64,000 nt of DNA from Macrostomum lignano (Eukaryota). This document shows positions 24,741-40,631 of this stretch, piece after piece; the stretch's first letter is position 1, and every line of letters begins with the position of its first letter. The notes below the pieces were generated by a model, which did not search any database, was not told where the DNA came from, and saw nothing but the letters and a program-made list of their open reading frames with translations. A program made the translations under genes and the position numbers. The stretch spans positions 434,001 to 498,000 of the forward strand of contig NIVC01000236.1 in the NCBI GenBank assembly GCA_002269645.1, written 5' to 3'.

Positions 24741-25892
24741 TTCCAAGTGCTGCATCGATCAATCTGAGTTTGCAGCCTCAATAGCAGGAGAGAGCAGCAG
24801 ACGGCTGAGAACAATCAATGAGAATATAAGGTAAAAAGCAAAAAAGAACAATGACAACCCAAGGCTGCTCTAGGCAGCTCAGCTTGCTTTTGGACTAGCA
24901 AAGCGTCCTTTGTTTTCTGAGCAGGGAGCGGCTAGAGTGCAGAGCGCAGTGCATTCAGAATCCGCGGAGCTGCAGCATTAAAAAATAGGCTTTATTTTAG
25001 ACAGGCGAGAAATAGAAGAGAGGAATAGGCAGATGAAAAACCTCAATCTGCTCGGGGATCAAACTGAGGCTGGATTTGCACCTGGGCCCGGGAGGCGTGG
25101 GCGGCCTAAACCGTTCGGGAATCTGTGGTAGGGAGTTTTAAAAAACTTCAAACTAAAAATCCCACGCATAGATGGCGGTTAGGTTGTTTTCCCGAATTGC
25201 GGCTAAAATTGAGATCCCCTCGAGAGTTTCAGTTAATTAATGGCTGCTTGCTGCCTCTCCTCACACAGCGGGGTGGGCAGGGCCCGCATCAACAAACGAT
25301 TAATCATTAGTGCAGCGGCAGCTCTTCCCCTGTCACTCCCCTGACATCAGGAGGATCCGCTCTCCCGTGTCAACTTGATGAAGAGGATTTCTGGTCTGGC
25401 CCGGCTGCAGTGCGCTGCAGATGACGGCTGGGGGTGAGACTGGGGAGGAGGGGGAGAGGGGGCTGGGGAGATTCCGGGTGAGACTGGGGAGGAGGGGGAG
25501 AGGGGGCTGGGGAGATTCCGGGTGAGACTGAGAAGGAGCAGAGATTTGGTCAGCTAGAATCGCTAGTTAAATTGCGCAGGAATAATTTAGAGAGATTAGA
25601 TAAGATTTGAAGCTGCTCAAGAGCAAGAGAACAGAAGAGAGAAAACGATTGGGGCTGGCGTGAGCGAAGTGAGCAAAGTTTTCTTGCACGCAGAGAACGC
25701 GACCAATGCCGGGGATGACTGACCAAGCAGCAGAGAAGGTTGGCTTGGGATACTTTGATCATCTTGATCCCGGATGGCTCACCGGTGGGTCGGTCTCGGA
25801 CAGGTGAAGAGCTGGTGAATGAGAGAATGGACCGAGGGGATAAGTTCAGTTGGGTCTGCATTGGTCATGCGTGAGTCAGCGTGACGGGCAGC

Positions 25893-27425
25893 TCAAGCTC
25901 GTTTCTGCTGCAGCTTGATGCGATAAGGCCGCGGTACCTCGCCGCGTCGGAGCATCCGGCGCATCCGGTCGATGTCAGGTCCGCCGCCGCCGCCGCTTCC
26001 GAGAGCGTCGAACCAGCGCAGGCCGAGATCCGCGCACAGGGCGTGCAGCCTGGCGAAGACCTCCCCGCAGCCGCCGCTGCCCAGCCTGGCGGCCGGCTCG
26101 AAGGCCAGCAGGTTGTACAGCAGGTTCTTCGTACGCTGGTTGAGCTTCGGCCGTTCTTCAACCTTCGGCCTGGGAGCGGCGCGCCAAAGTCGCAGGTAGC
26201 GCCGCTTGGTCAGCTGCGGGTCCTCGCCGCCCGCCGGAGCCGCCGCCAGCGCCTGGCGCTTGTGCTCATCGAACGGCAGCCGGCCGTAGAGCATGTTGAA
26301 GAGCAGCGCTCCGAGGCCGAACCAGTCCGCCGAGTGGTCCACCGAGCCGCCCGACTCGTCCAGCTGCTCAGGCGGCACCCAGCGCACGGACATGAAGGTG
26401 CTGGGGTCGCAGCGGCTGCCCCAGTAGTAGTACGGGTTTTCCATTTTGCGGCCCAGCCGGCATGGCTTGGCCAGGCCGAAGTCGCCCAGCTTGGCGTCGC
26501 CGAACTCGTCCACAAACACGTTGTCCATCTTGAGGTCAAAGTGGATAAAGCCGGACTCGTGTAGGTAAGCCAGGGCCTCGGCCACCTGCAGGGCCAGGTA
26601 GAGCGAGCTGGCCTGCAGAAAGGTGGCTTCCCTGTGCTTGCTGTTGGTCTCTTCCGAGTCCACCGATATGTAGCGCAGCAGCCGCATGGCGTCCCCAATA
26701 GCGTAGTACTCGTAGACCTCGAAGGGCGTGTCGTGCGTGGTGAGCGCGTACTGCGAGTCCAGCAGCCTAGCGATGAAAGGGTGGTCGCAGTGCTGAATGT
26801 GCGCAATGCTCTTCACGATATCCATCGATTCCAGGGTGCGGCCGTGAATCTCCAGCGTCTTGGAGTTCAGCGCGGCGGCTTCGGCTTCGCGGGCGTCACC
26901 AGTCGCAGTTTTGATTTCTTTGACCACCACTGAGCTGCCTTGCATGAGGGCGAGCAGCTGGCGCTGGTCCTTGAGGGATGTTGGGGACAGCGGCATGTCC
27001 TCGTGAGCCTGGAGGCGGCTCAGCCGCTTGGCACACTCGATGCGGGCCAGGTAGGTGGTCCCGAAGCTGCCCTCGCCGATGCGCGCCACGATGCGGTAGG
27101 CGGCGTTGGCCGTCTCCAGTTCGGTGCGGTCGGCCTCCCGCCGGCGCTGCGGAGATAGGTGGTGCCGGGCGCAGGCCGGGATCTCAAACACCCGCTGCGG
27201 CTGCTGTGACTGCAGGCTGCCGGCGCTGCCCGGAGCCTGCGGCCGGCGAGGCGGCGGCATCGCCACGAGCGATGCGCGCGGAGGTTTCGCACCTCCGGAG
27301 TTGCTTCTCTGCCGCGTCAGGAAAGCCAACGAGAAGTGCAGCTGGCCTCTTGAGCGCTTCGCGTTGCGTCTCGAGGGGGGTCTCGGGGCCGTTAGATTGG
27401 CGCTAATATGAGGGAGTTGAGACAA
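25893..27425 (-). CDS. Intronless divergent Ser/Thr protein kinase (AGC-like), 510 aa
   Basis: Gly loop IGEGSFG, VVVKEI, catalytic HFDLKMDN, DFG, WVPPE, SADWFGLGALLFNMLYGRLPF, RLGSGG. Confidence 0.85.
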   Translation of the reverse strand: MSQLPHISANLTAPRPPSRRNAKRSRGQLHFSLAFLTRQRSNSGGAKPPRASLVAMPPPRRPQAPGSAGSLQSQQPQRVFEIPACARHHLSPQRRREADRTELETANAAYRIVARIGEGSFGTTYLARIECAKRLSRLQAHEDMPLSPTSLKDQRQLLALMQGSSVVVKEIKTATGDAREAEAAALNSKTLEIHGRTLESMDIVKSIAHIQHCDHPFIARLLDSQYALTTHDTPFEVYEYYAIGDAMRLLRYISVDSEETNSKHREATFLQASSLYLALQVAEALAYLHESGFIHFDLKMDNVFVDEFGDAKLGDFGLAKPCRLGRKMENPYYYWGSRCDPSTFMSVRWVPPEQLDESGGSVDHSADWFGLGALLFNMLYGRLPFDEHKRQALAAAPAGGEDPQLTKRRYLRLWRAAPRPKVEERPKLNQRTKNLLYNLLAFEPAARLGSGGCGEVFARLHALCADLGLRWFDALGSGGGGGPDIDRMRRMLRRGEVPRPYRIKLQQKRA

Positions 27426-28389
27426 GTGGAGAGAGAACAGTGACGCAGGGCGGTCGCCTGGTGGAGGTCGGGGTGGGCGGTACAGTAAAGGCCGCGCTGT
27501 TTGGAGCTTTGAGGCTGGCTGTTTGCTAATAGGAGCTTAGAGTTGAGGTGAGCTACAGAGCCAGCAAGCCAGGTGAGGCACAGGTACAGGTGAGAGGCCA
27601 AAACGGTTTCTTGTCGCGCGCGTGACTCTTTCTCATTCGTGCCCATGAAATGCAGAGAGCAGCCGTGCAAACCTACCACCGCAAGCCTATCAAGACAGCT
27701 GGAGCCAGGGAGGAACAGCGCCAGTGCAATGAAGACTTGCTGCAGCCGGGGCTGCATGCGCGATACAGCCTAGGGAGGCAGGCAGGGCTCTCTGAGGTGG
27801 GGAAATGGAGGGAGAGAGAAGAGCCTATTTGTATGGGCGAGAGCTGGCCGGGCCGCAGTCGCGGGAAGCAGGCGGAGAGAAGAGATGAAGCTTTAGACGG
27901 CCCTAAAACACGGGCACGAGCAACCTGAGCCCCTAAGCCAAATGCGGGCCACTTGACGTGCGAGACTGGACTGAGCCTGTGGAGAGGTTGCGGGGCGGCG
28001 GGCTGAAGTGGTGTGTGGCCCAGCGGGGTCTTTCTAAGGGCCATTTTAGCAGTCTATCAATTAAAGTCTCTTAAGTCAGAAATTGGATTCTCACGGTGCC
28101 CCGAGCTGGGAGTGAATTCTCAGCGGGTGAGGGTCAGCGGGGGCAATAAAATCTAAACAAATTTACCCAGGCAAAGCGAAGTCGACTGGCCGAAGCAGGT
28201 GAGAAATTTTCGCCTTTCTAAAACCAAGTTTTATGGCGCCTAGCGACCGACTCAAAAACCCGAGGCGCAGATCTGTGAGGGGGCGCAGAACTTATGAAAT
28301 TTGCTGCAAACAGCTTTGCTAGCAGCGTCTCTACATAGCTGGAACCAAAGTACAAGCAGAACTTTCGTCGAAACATTGCTACGGCACTT

Positions 28390-28762
28390 TTTACAAAACA
28401 TTTATCGACACATGGTGCTGGTGCTCATGGTGGTGCTGGTGCTCATGGTGCTGGTGCTCATGGTACTCATGGTGCTGGTGCTCATGGTGCTGGTGCTCAT
28501 GGTACTCATGGTGCTGGTGCTCATGGTGCTGGTGCTCATGGTACTCATGGTGCTGGTGCTCATGTGCTGGTGCTCATAGTGCTGGTGCTCATGGTACTCA
28601 TGGTGCTGGTGCTCATGGTACTCATGGTGCTGGTGCTCATGGTACTCATGGTGCTGGTGCTCATGGTACTCATGGTGCTGGTGCTCATGTGCTGGTGCTC
28701 ATGGGGCTGGTGCTCATGGTGCTGGTGCTCATGGTGCTGGTGCTCATGGTGCTGGTGCCCAT
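28390..28762. repeat. Minisatellite of 9/15-bp subunits
   Basis: catggtgctggtgct and catggtact units. Confidence 0.93.
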
Positions 28763-29319
28763 GATATAGGGCTAGGCTGGCATTAAGGTCATGGGTGCTT
28801 CTGAAATGGTGCTCTCAAAAGACGTGGGCCGCATCAAACGCTCCTGGCTACGCCCCCGATGCCACAACTCACAAGCAGTGACGGCGCTGTTCATGTCTGC
28901 CCGGGGTTCCTTCACATGTAACTGAGTGAGTCACCAATGACATTGCGTGACTGTGTGAGTTTGGCAGATTTAGGGAGTTGCTGGGCATTGATAATCGCCG
29001 GGGCTATTTTCAAACAATGAAACAATTGAGAGTAAGAGATCAGAAAAAAACATTTGTAAAAGTTAACAGGTATGCTGAAAAATGAAATAACATGCGCGCA
29101 AATTAGGAAAATACGCCCGGACATAAGCGCACTTATCACCCCCCCACCTAATAAAATATTCAGAAACATTGACGAATTCACAGTACAGCTGCGCAACTCT
29201 GCCCTGCCTTTGGTATTTCTGGGTACATTTACGGAAACACAACCTTATAACCCAACGCGTACACTCACTCGTTCGTTATCTAAGAGAATGCTTAGCTCAA
29301 CTCACTGACGCATGCCGCC

Positions 29320-29790
29320 CCCGACCCCCTAGTCCTTCAGCTGGCCGCCCGCTACCCCCTAGTCCTTCAACCAGCCGCCCGCTACCCCCTAGTCCTTCAA
29401 CCAGCCGCCCGCTACCCCCTAGTCCTTCAGCCGGCCGCCCGCTACCCCCTAGTCCTTCAACCAGCCGCCCGCTACCCCCTAGTCCTTCAGCCGGCCGCCC
29501 GCTACCCCCTAGTCCCCTAGTCCTTCAGCCGGCCGCCCGCTACCCCCTAGTCCTTCAACCGGCCGCCCGCTACCCCCTAGTCCTTCAACCGGCCGCCCGC
29601 TACCACCTAGTCCTACAACCAGCCGCCCGCTACCCCTTAGTCCTTCGACCAGTCGCTCGCTACCCCCTAGTCCTTCAACCAGCCGCCCGCTACCCCCTAG
29701 TCCTTCAACCAGCCGCCCGCTACCCTCTAGTCCTTCAGCCGGCCGCCCGCTACCCCCTAGTCCTTTAACCAGCCGCCCGCTACCCTCTTT
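29320..29790. repeat. Minisatellite, 30-bp unit
   Basis: ccgcccgctaccccctagtccttcaaccag repeats. Confidence 0.95.
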
Positions 29791-30091
29791 CGTTGCATAC
29801 CAGCAACTGTTCCTAACTCATTCTAGAGTAATCAATTAGATGCAGCATTGCAGAATTTCAAGAAAAAAAATAAATATTAAATTTTTCATTTATTTCGATT
29901 ATTAAAAACTCACAAATGATGATAACAAAGCTTCGGTTCTACAAGCATACTACTGCCACACTGTCCAGCAAGTAGGCAATAAAGTGGGTTAAAATTTATT
30001 CGATACCGCCAACTTAGTTTCCAAACTGTCTACTGCCAACCGTTTGGTCAGTAGACAGCTAGGGACATTGTAAAAATATTAAGTATTTTAT

Positions 30092-30490
30092 TTAGGACGG
30101 CATGCTGCGCACCTGCAAGATGCTGAAGATGGCGCTGACGATGGCGCAAACCGCCGAGTAGGCCATGCGGTCCGAGTGCTGAATGGTCCGCCCGATGCCC
30201 AGCACGATGATGGCGCTGAACCCGGCGATGAAGGCGAACACCAGGCCCACGATGAGCACCACGGAGCTGCCAGTGCCCTCCACGAACAGGTAGAGGAAGT
30301 TGAGCATCACGGCCAGGAAGTAGGAGCAGACCCCGATGATGAGGAAGGCCTCGTAGGCGGTTGCCAGGCTGGAGTTGGTGGTCACCAGGCCGACGCTGCC
30401 GGCGTCCAGCCACACCACGAGGCCGACTGTGATGAGCACGAAGCCCGCCTTCATCCACACGGAGCCGCTCTGGAAGGTGCCGCCAGACAT
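30092..30490 (-). CDS. Small four-transmembrane protein (claudin/MARVEL-like topology), 132 aa from MSGGT
   Basis: Four hydrophobic stretches, strong GC3 codon bias, AATAAA immediately after the stop, candidate acceptor cttcag just upstream of the ATG. Confidence 0.65.
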   Translation of the reverse strand: MSGGTFQSGSVWMKAGFVLITVGLVVWLDAGSVGLVTTNSSLATAYEAFLIIGVCSYFLAVMLNFLYLFVEGTGSSVVLIVGLVFAFIAGFSAIIVLGIGRTIQHSDRMAYSAVCAIVSAIFSILQVRSMPS

Positions 30491-30644
30491 CGCGCTGCGA
30501 GCCTGAAGCACCGAAGTGGGAAGAGAAGGGGACGGCACGGTAGCTTCGCAAGCGCTTCCATCGAACCCAAATTGAATGCAAGATTTACATGAAAGCTGAT
30601 GCTCTGTGATTTTTCCCGCGCTGCACAGATTTCTTCGATGACTT

Positions 30645-31205
30645 GGCAGATCAGTGAGTGCAGATCAGTGAGTGCAGATCAGTGAGTGCAGACCAGTGAG
30701 TGCAGATCAGTTGACTGCAGATCAGTGAGTGCAGACCAGTGAGTGCAGATCAGTGAGTGCAGATCAGTGAGTGCAGATCAGTTGACTGCAGATCAGTGAG
30801 TGCAGATCAGTGAGTGCAGATCAGTGAGTGCAGATCAGTGAGTGCAGATCAGTGAGTGCAGATCAGTGAGTGCAGATCAGTGAGTGCAGATCAGTGAGTG
30901 CAGATCAGTGAGTGCAGATCAGTGACTGCAGACCAGTGAGTGCAGATCAGTGACTGCAGATCAGTGAGTGCAGATCATTGAGTGCAGATCAGTGACTGCA
31001 GACCAGTGAGTGCAGATCAGTGAGTGCAGATCAGTGAGTGCAGATCAGTGAGTGCAGATCAGTGAGTGCAGATCAGTGAGTGCAGATCAGTGACTGCAGA
31101 TCAGTGAGTGCAAATCAGTGAGTGCAGATCAGTGAGTGCAGATCAGTGAGTGCAGATCAGTGAGTGCAGACCAGTGAGTGCAGATCAGTGAGTGCAGATC
31201 AGTGC
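30645..31205. repeat. Minisatellite, 14-bp unit
   Basis: gcagatcagtgagt repeats. Confidence 0.95.
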
Positions 31206-31849
31206 TACTTGAACAGGAAAAAATCAAGAAAAAGAAAAAGAAAAAGAAGAAGATAAGAAGCTTTAGCAATCAAAAAGCTTACTTTTTAATAATCGGTTCT
31301 AGTCGCTTTTCTTTTTTCGGAAATCTTGCAGGCTGACTCCTTTTCTGCAGTTTTCTTTCTGTTTCTTCCATCAACCCGCCGAGCCATTTTAACCCCGATG
31401 CGAATGCAGGAAAGGCAAACAGGAGTGGCCACGCAAGTTTTTGTTTCTGCTCCTCCCGCCTACAATTTTCGGGCTCGAAGTGAGCAAGAAAGCAGTGAGA
31501 TTTGGACGAGCGGCAACCTCGGGCCCCCTGAGCTCGCCCTGCCCGCCTGGGTGGGTCCGGCCGGGCCAGCCGCCATTTCTCTCATTGTTTACAAGACTGC
31601 GAATTCCTGCCACCTCTCCGTTGCAACCTTTCAGTGGGCCATCATCTAATGCCAAATTAGGTTCAAAACCGGCTGCAACACAGCGAAACTGGGCAACGCA
31701 TTTCACAGCGTTTCTCTCCGTGTGTTGTTATTGTTGTTACCTTGTTTTCAGCTGGCTGCGGCCGAGAGAAATGTAAAAATAGATTCATTAAATAGCCTCA
31801 TTGTGAATTGGTGTGTCTGGCATTAACGATAGACCGAATTACAGGACAG

Positions 31850-35495
<3,646 letters not shown>

Positions 35496-36009
35496 GTATC
35501 AAAAGAAGCAGCCAAAACCAACAGGAAAAAGATCAAAAGACAGAAGCTTCGGTTCGCAACGTCTTGAACAATAAATCAGCTTTTCCTGCTGGCACAATGC
35601 GGTCTATTTGCCAAAGGAATATCGCTAGTTAATGTCACAGGGTGGGAGCGGCAGAGCTGCGGAGGAGAAAACTGGAGGCGCAGGTAAAGAAGAAAAGCAG
35701 AGAAGTGTCAATGAGAAGCAGAACAGAATAATGCTATGTAATAAACAGTTACGCTTGTGTCTGCAGATTTGTGAGCATTGCAGCCGCAAGACCCAGATGA
35801 CAACTCGGATGGCCGTGAAGCCTGAACAGACTGCAGGGATGCGAGACGCTACTCTAACACAGGTAATCTGAAGTCTTTCTCACAGTAGACGGCTGCGGCA
35901 CCTCTAACGCTTGAGGAAAAGTTTAGAAGCCTCAATCAGTCTTTTCTACTCAAAAAAGACATTGCCGCAAGTTAAAGATAATTATGAATGCGATCCACAC
36001 CAGCTGGTC

Positions 36010-39000
36010 TCAGGCGTTCTGCTGCAGCCGCTCGCCCAGCTGGCGAAGCTCCTCGGCCACCGGCGGCGGCAGGTCGCGGTTGAGCTGGCTGCTGAAGTAG
36101 GTCTCCAGCTCCTTGCACTCGTTCAGCCAGAAGTCCACGGGCACGGAGAACAGCGCGTCGACGTTGACGGGGCTGTCAAGGCCTTCCAGGTTCAGCGCGT
36201 TCGGCTTGGGCAGGCGGCCGATGGGCGAGTCCACAGCGCAGTCCTCGTTGTCCACCCGGCGGCAGATCCAGTCCAGCACGCGGCAGTTCTCGCCAAAGCC
36301 GGGCCACATGAACTTGCCGTCCTCGCCTTTGCGGAACCAGTTCACGTGGAAGATCTTCGGCAACTGGAGGCCGGGCTTCTCGTCGAAGCTCAGCCAGTGG
36401 TCGATGTAGTCGGCAAAGTTGTAGCCGAAGAACGGGCGCATGGCGAAGGGGTCGTGCATGATCACCTTGGTGTTGTGCTCAGCTGCCGCGGTGGCCTCCG
36501 AGCGCATCGCAGCGCCAAGGAAGACGCCGTGGCGCCAGTTATTGGCCTCAAACACCAGCGGCACCCCGGCTGGCCGGCGGCCGCCGAAGATGATGGCGCT
36601 GATGGGAACGCCGGCCGGGCTCTCCCAGTCGGGGTCCATGGAGGGGCACTGCGAGGCCGGGGCGCAGAAGCGGGAGTTGGGGTGCGCGGCCAGGATGCGG
36701 TTGTACGGCGTCCACATCTCGCCCTTCCAGCTGGTGACGCCGACCGAGGTGTCCACCTGGGTAGCGGGACAGCGGCGGGGTGGGGCGTGAAAATGGAGAT
36801 TCTAGAGTTGATGCGAGATTGCCTACTGACAGTTAATAGAGCATCGGGCCTGCGACTCAACTCTTATCGATGTTCTTAACTCAAGGTTTTTGGCAGATCT
36901 TTGCTGGTTTCTGAGGGAGAGTCGGGCAGGTCTTTGCTGGTTTCTGAGGGAGGTTCGGGCAGATCTTTGCTGGTTCTTGAGGGAGGTTCAGGCAAGTCTT
37001 TGCTGGTTTCTGAGGGAGGTTCGGGCAGGTCTTTGCTGGTTTCTGAGGGAGGTTCGGGCAGATCTTTGCTGGTTCTTGAGGGAGGTTCAGGCAAGTCTTT
37101 GCTGGTTTCTGAGGGAGGTTCGGGCAGGTCTTTGCTGGTTTCTGAGGGAGGTTCGGGCAGGTCTTTGCTGGTTTCTGAGGGAGAGTCGGGCAGATCTTTG
37201 CTGGTTTCTGAGGGAGAGTCGGGCAGATCTTTGCTGGTTCTTGAGGGAGGTTCGGGCAAGTCTTTGCTGGTTCTTGAGGGAGGTTCGGGCAGGTCTTTGC
37301 TGGTTTCTGAGGGAGGTTCGGGCAGGTCTTTGCTGGTTTCTGAGGGAGATTCGGGTAGGTCTTTGTTGCTTTTTGAGGAAGATTCGGGTAGGTCTTTGTT
37401 GCTTTTTGTGGAAGATTCGGGCAGGTCTTTGCTGTTTAAAGGGAGCCTTTGGCGCACTGCTCTCCAAGGTACGCCAATCGATTTCCAGGACCAGCAAGCA
37501 GCCACCCGCCCGCTCACCTCCTTCTCGAGGCCCTCCCAGAAGACGCCGCCATCGTCAGTCTCGGCCACATTGGTGAAGATGGTGTTTCGCTGAATCGTCT
37601 TCATGGCGTTGGGATTCGTGTGGCTGCACGTGCCGGGCGCCACGCCGAAGAACCCGGCCTCCGGGTTGATGGCCCGCAGGACGCCCTCGGAATCGAATTT
37701 CATCCAGGCGATGTCGTCGCCAACGCACTCGACCTGGCGGGCGCGGGGAGCCGGGAGCAAACAATTATAGCAAACAATTTATAACATTAATATTTCATAA
37801 TCATTTATACTTCAAGATGAGCAAATTGAGCTATAAATGTTTATAAATGCATAAATTAAGATATATTAGACAGTATTTTTATTATTGTTAGGATTCTTGA
37901 GACTTCAAGCCTTCTTGATCAATTGTCAATATTAGGCAATCTGTAAACATGGAGTCTGAAGACACAATACAACTTTGGTGGGTCAGCAGAGATGCTCAGC
38001 AGTATAAAGGGTAGGGTAGTAGAGATGCTATTTTATTTGATTAATAGCTTTTTTTAACATGGCATTCTAGAATTCAATTTAGCTACATAAATTTGGATCC
38101 AGAGATACCTAATGGCACCATGATGCTAATGCTCAAAAACCAAGGATTTGATTATATTATAAATTAATATTTATATAGTTTTATTAAACTTTATAAACTT
38201 TTATAGATCTATCAAAAATAAATAAACAAAAATAAATAACTTATACATAATATAAACTTAATATAGAAAAACATTATGTCAAATTATTAGACTAAGTATG
38301 GGATGTAAAAAGTAGGAATTAAAAATTAATGGGTCTCCTATAGATGGCCTACATGTGGTCATGGGTGTGGGTGGCAACAATTGTTTGGGCATTTCTAGCA
38401 ATAGAATAATATATATATATATATATAGTATAACAAAAATTAAACAGTATTTAAACAATATAAATTTACCAAAAACCACAAAAACCAATTTCATACAGAA
38501 ATAAACAAAGCTAAGCAGACTTTCTCTAAATTATTGCATTTATAAATTTGAATTTAAAATCATACCTTGTATCCTGGCAGTGTAGGCTGCATCATGGCCA
38601 AGTTGGTCTTTCCACAGGCAGATGGGAATGCAGCAGCAACATACTTCTTCTTGCCCTGTGGATTGGTGATGCCAAGGATGAGCATGTGCTCAGCCAGCCA
38701 GCCTTCCCGCTTGGCCAAGATGGAGCCCAGGCGCAGGGCAAAGCACTTCTTGCCCAGCAGCGAGTTGCCACCATAGCCAGACCCGAAGCTGGCGATCTCG
38801 TTGCGATCGGGAATGTGGGAGATGAGGATCTTGGACGGGTTGCAAGGCCAGTTCTGCACCAGCGGCTTGTTGACACCTGAGAATGGCAGGCCGACCGAGT
38901 GCAAGCACTTGACGAAATTGTCGCCCTGAATAGCCTCAAGAGCGTCCTTGCCCATTCGGGTCATGATGCGCATGGAGGCCACCACATAGGGCGAATCGGT

Positions 39001-39525
39001 GACCTGGATGCCCACCTTGCTGATCGGTCCGCCCACTGGACCCATGGAGAATGGGATGATGTACATTGTCCGGCCCTCCATGCAGCCGGGAAATCGATCC
39101 CGCAGTGCATTCTCCAGCTCGGCAGGAGACAGCCAGTTGCCCAGCTGGCCTTTGACGCCCTCCTTGGGCACCGGGACAGTTTCGCGCTTGTCAGAGGTGC
39201 TGATGACGGTCTTACTCTCGACGCGGGCAACATCAGCAGGGTCCGTGCGCACCAGCCAGCAGTTGTCCATCTTGCGCAGCGGTTTGGCAATGCCAGCGCG
39301 TCGCATGATTTCCAGAAAGCGTTTGTTCTCTTCCTCGGAGCCGTCGCACAAGTACACATCGTCCGGCTGGCAGATGTTGGCCTTCTCTTTAACGTAATTG
39401 CGAGCAATGGTGGGGAGGCTGCTCAGAGTTGTTGGTATGTCAGCTAAGCCGCGACATGGCGTTAGTTTAACTTGCAGGCTGGAACTGAGGAGCCGGTAGA
39501 TTCCAGGTCGAAAAATCCCAGACAT
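36010..39525 (-). CDS. PCK: Phosphoenolpyruvate carboxykinase (GTP), probably mitochondrial; exons 39525-38566, 37733-37518, 36756-36010; 640 aa
   Basis: [59 protein letters not shown]. Basic/hydroxylated N-terminal transit-like peptide. Both introns are phase 0. Confidence 0.95.
36890..37435. repeat. Minisatellite, 33-bp unit (PEPCK intron 2)
   Basis: aggtctttgctggtttctgagggaggttcgggc, about 16 copies. Confidence 0.95.
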
Positions 39526-40631
39526 AATCTAGTCAGAGTTTAACCTTTGCTTGTCCTTACGAGTATATAATTCTCTAGGGTTGGGAGTGCTGGGCAGATA
39601 TCTGAGCGAATTCAGCAAGGCCTTGCTTTTAATTCCAAGTTCACCAACGCACAGCTAATGGGGGTAAGAAAACTTAGCGATTAAATGTACAGTCTGCCCA
39701 TTCTGACAACCCATTCTGCTAGGGGGCGGGGTCGCGGGGCAGAGGGGAAGCCCAGCCCATACAAGTGTACATTGTCGTCGTTTCCCCGCAGAATGTGCGC
39801 AAATATCTCTTATTGCCCCTTTCTGTTAAGGGGAGGGGTCGCGGGGCAAAGGGGAGCCAGTCCGCCACAAGTGTACATTGTCGGTCGTTTCCTCCGCAGA
39901 ATGTACGCATATATTTTTTATTGCGGAGACCCCAGCTGAGTAATAGAGTGAGGTGAGGTGAGGCCTGGGGGGCTGTTTGTTCGTAAAATTGGAATGAATC
40001 GCAACCACTACAGAGATTTTGGTTTGTTGCGGGCAAGTAGTGCGCTGCAGTGCACCGAAAACATAACTGTTCGTAAAAAATGAGTCTGGCAGCAGCGCGT
40101 GCAGATAAGAACTAAATTAAATAACAAACAGAGCAGCTAGTTGAGTTCTGAGCTTGTCGCACTTGTGAACTGTCTAACTGGCAAAAATTTTATCTACTCA
40201 ACACTAAATTAAAGCCGTTCTTCGAAGTATATGGCATTTTTACATGGAAGGGCAAAGCAGAGCATGCTGCACTTGAAATATAAATGTTATTAAATTGAAA
40301 ATTTTTCGTTATCAATTCGTAAGAAGTATAAACAATTTGTACTTTTTCGATATGAACTTTGCTTACCCTAGCCTGCTTCTTGGCTGCTAATATTTCCTTC
40401 ATTCCGGCTCTTAATTCAAGCCTTAGCTTTAGTTTCGCCCACAGACAGTGGCTTTCCCTCGGACTCATAGACAGCTAGGCCCAGCGGTACAGTCTCCCCA
40501 CGGCTCTGCTAAACCCAACTAGTGAGCTAAGACAGCTAACAAGCACTCAATCCAGCCCACACCCAACAGCCCTCGCAATTGAACTTTGCTTTTAGAGCTA
40601 AGCTCAACCCGTCAACACCGCAAAGTCCGGC

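Noticed and set aside
22200-25450. Possible small plus-strand exons between arrays (about 22250-22343, about 25350-25430)
   Set aside because: Coding-like composition but no phase-consistent chain or homology recognisable.
31441-31776. ORF ending in a Cys-rich hydrophobic stretch (CYSTM-like)
   Set aside because: Non-ATG start, weak codon bias, resemblance too slight.
35911-36879. Long antisense ORFs opposite PEPCK, gag, the kinase, the GPCR and the cadherin-like gene
   Set aside because: Expected shadows of GC3-rich coding sequence.
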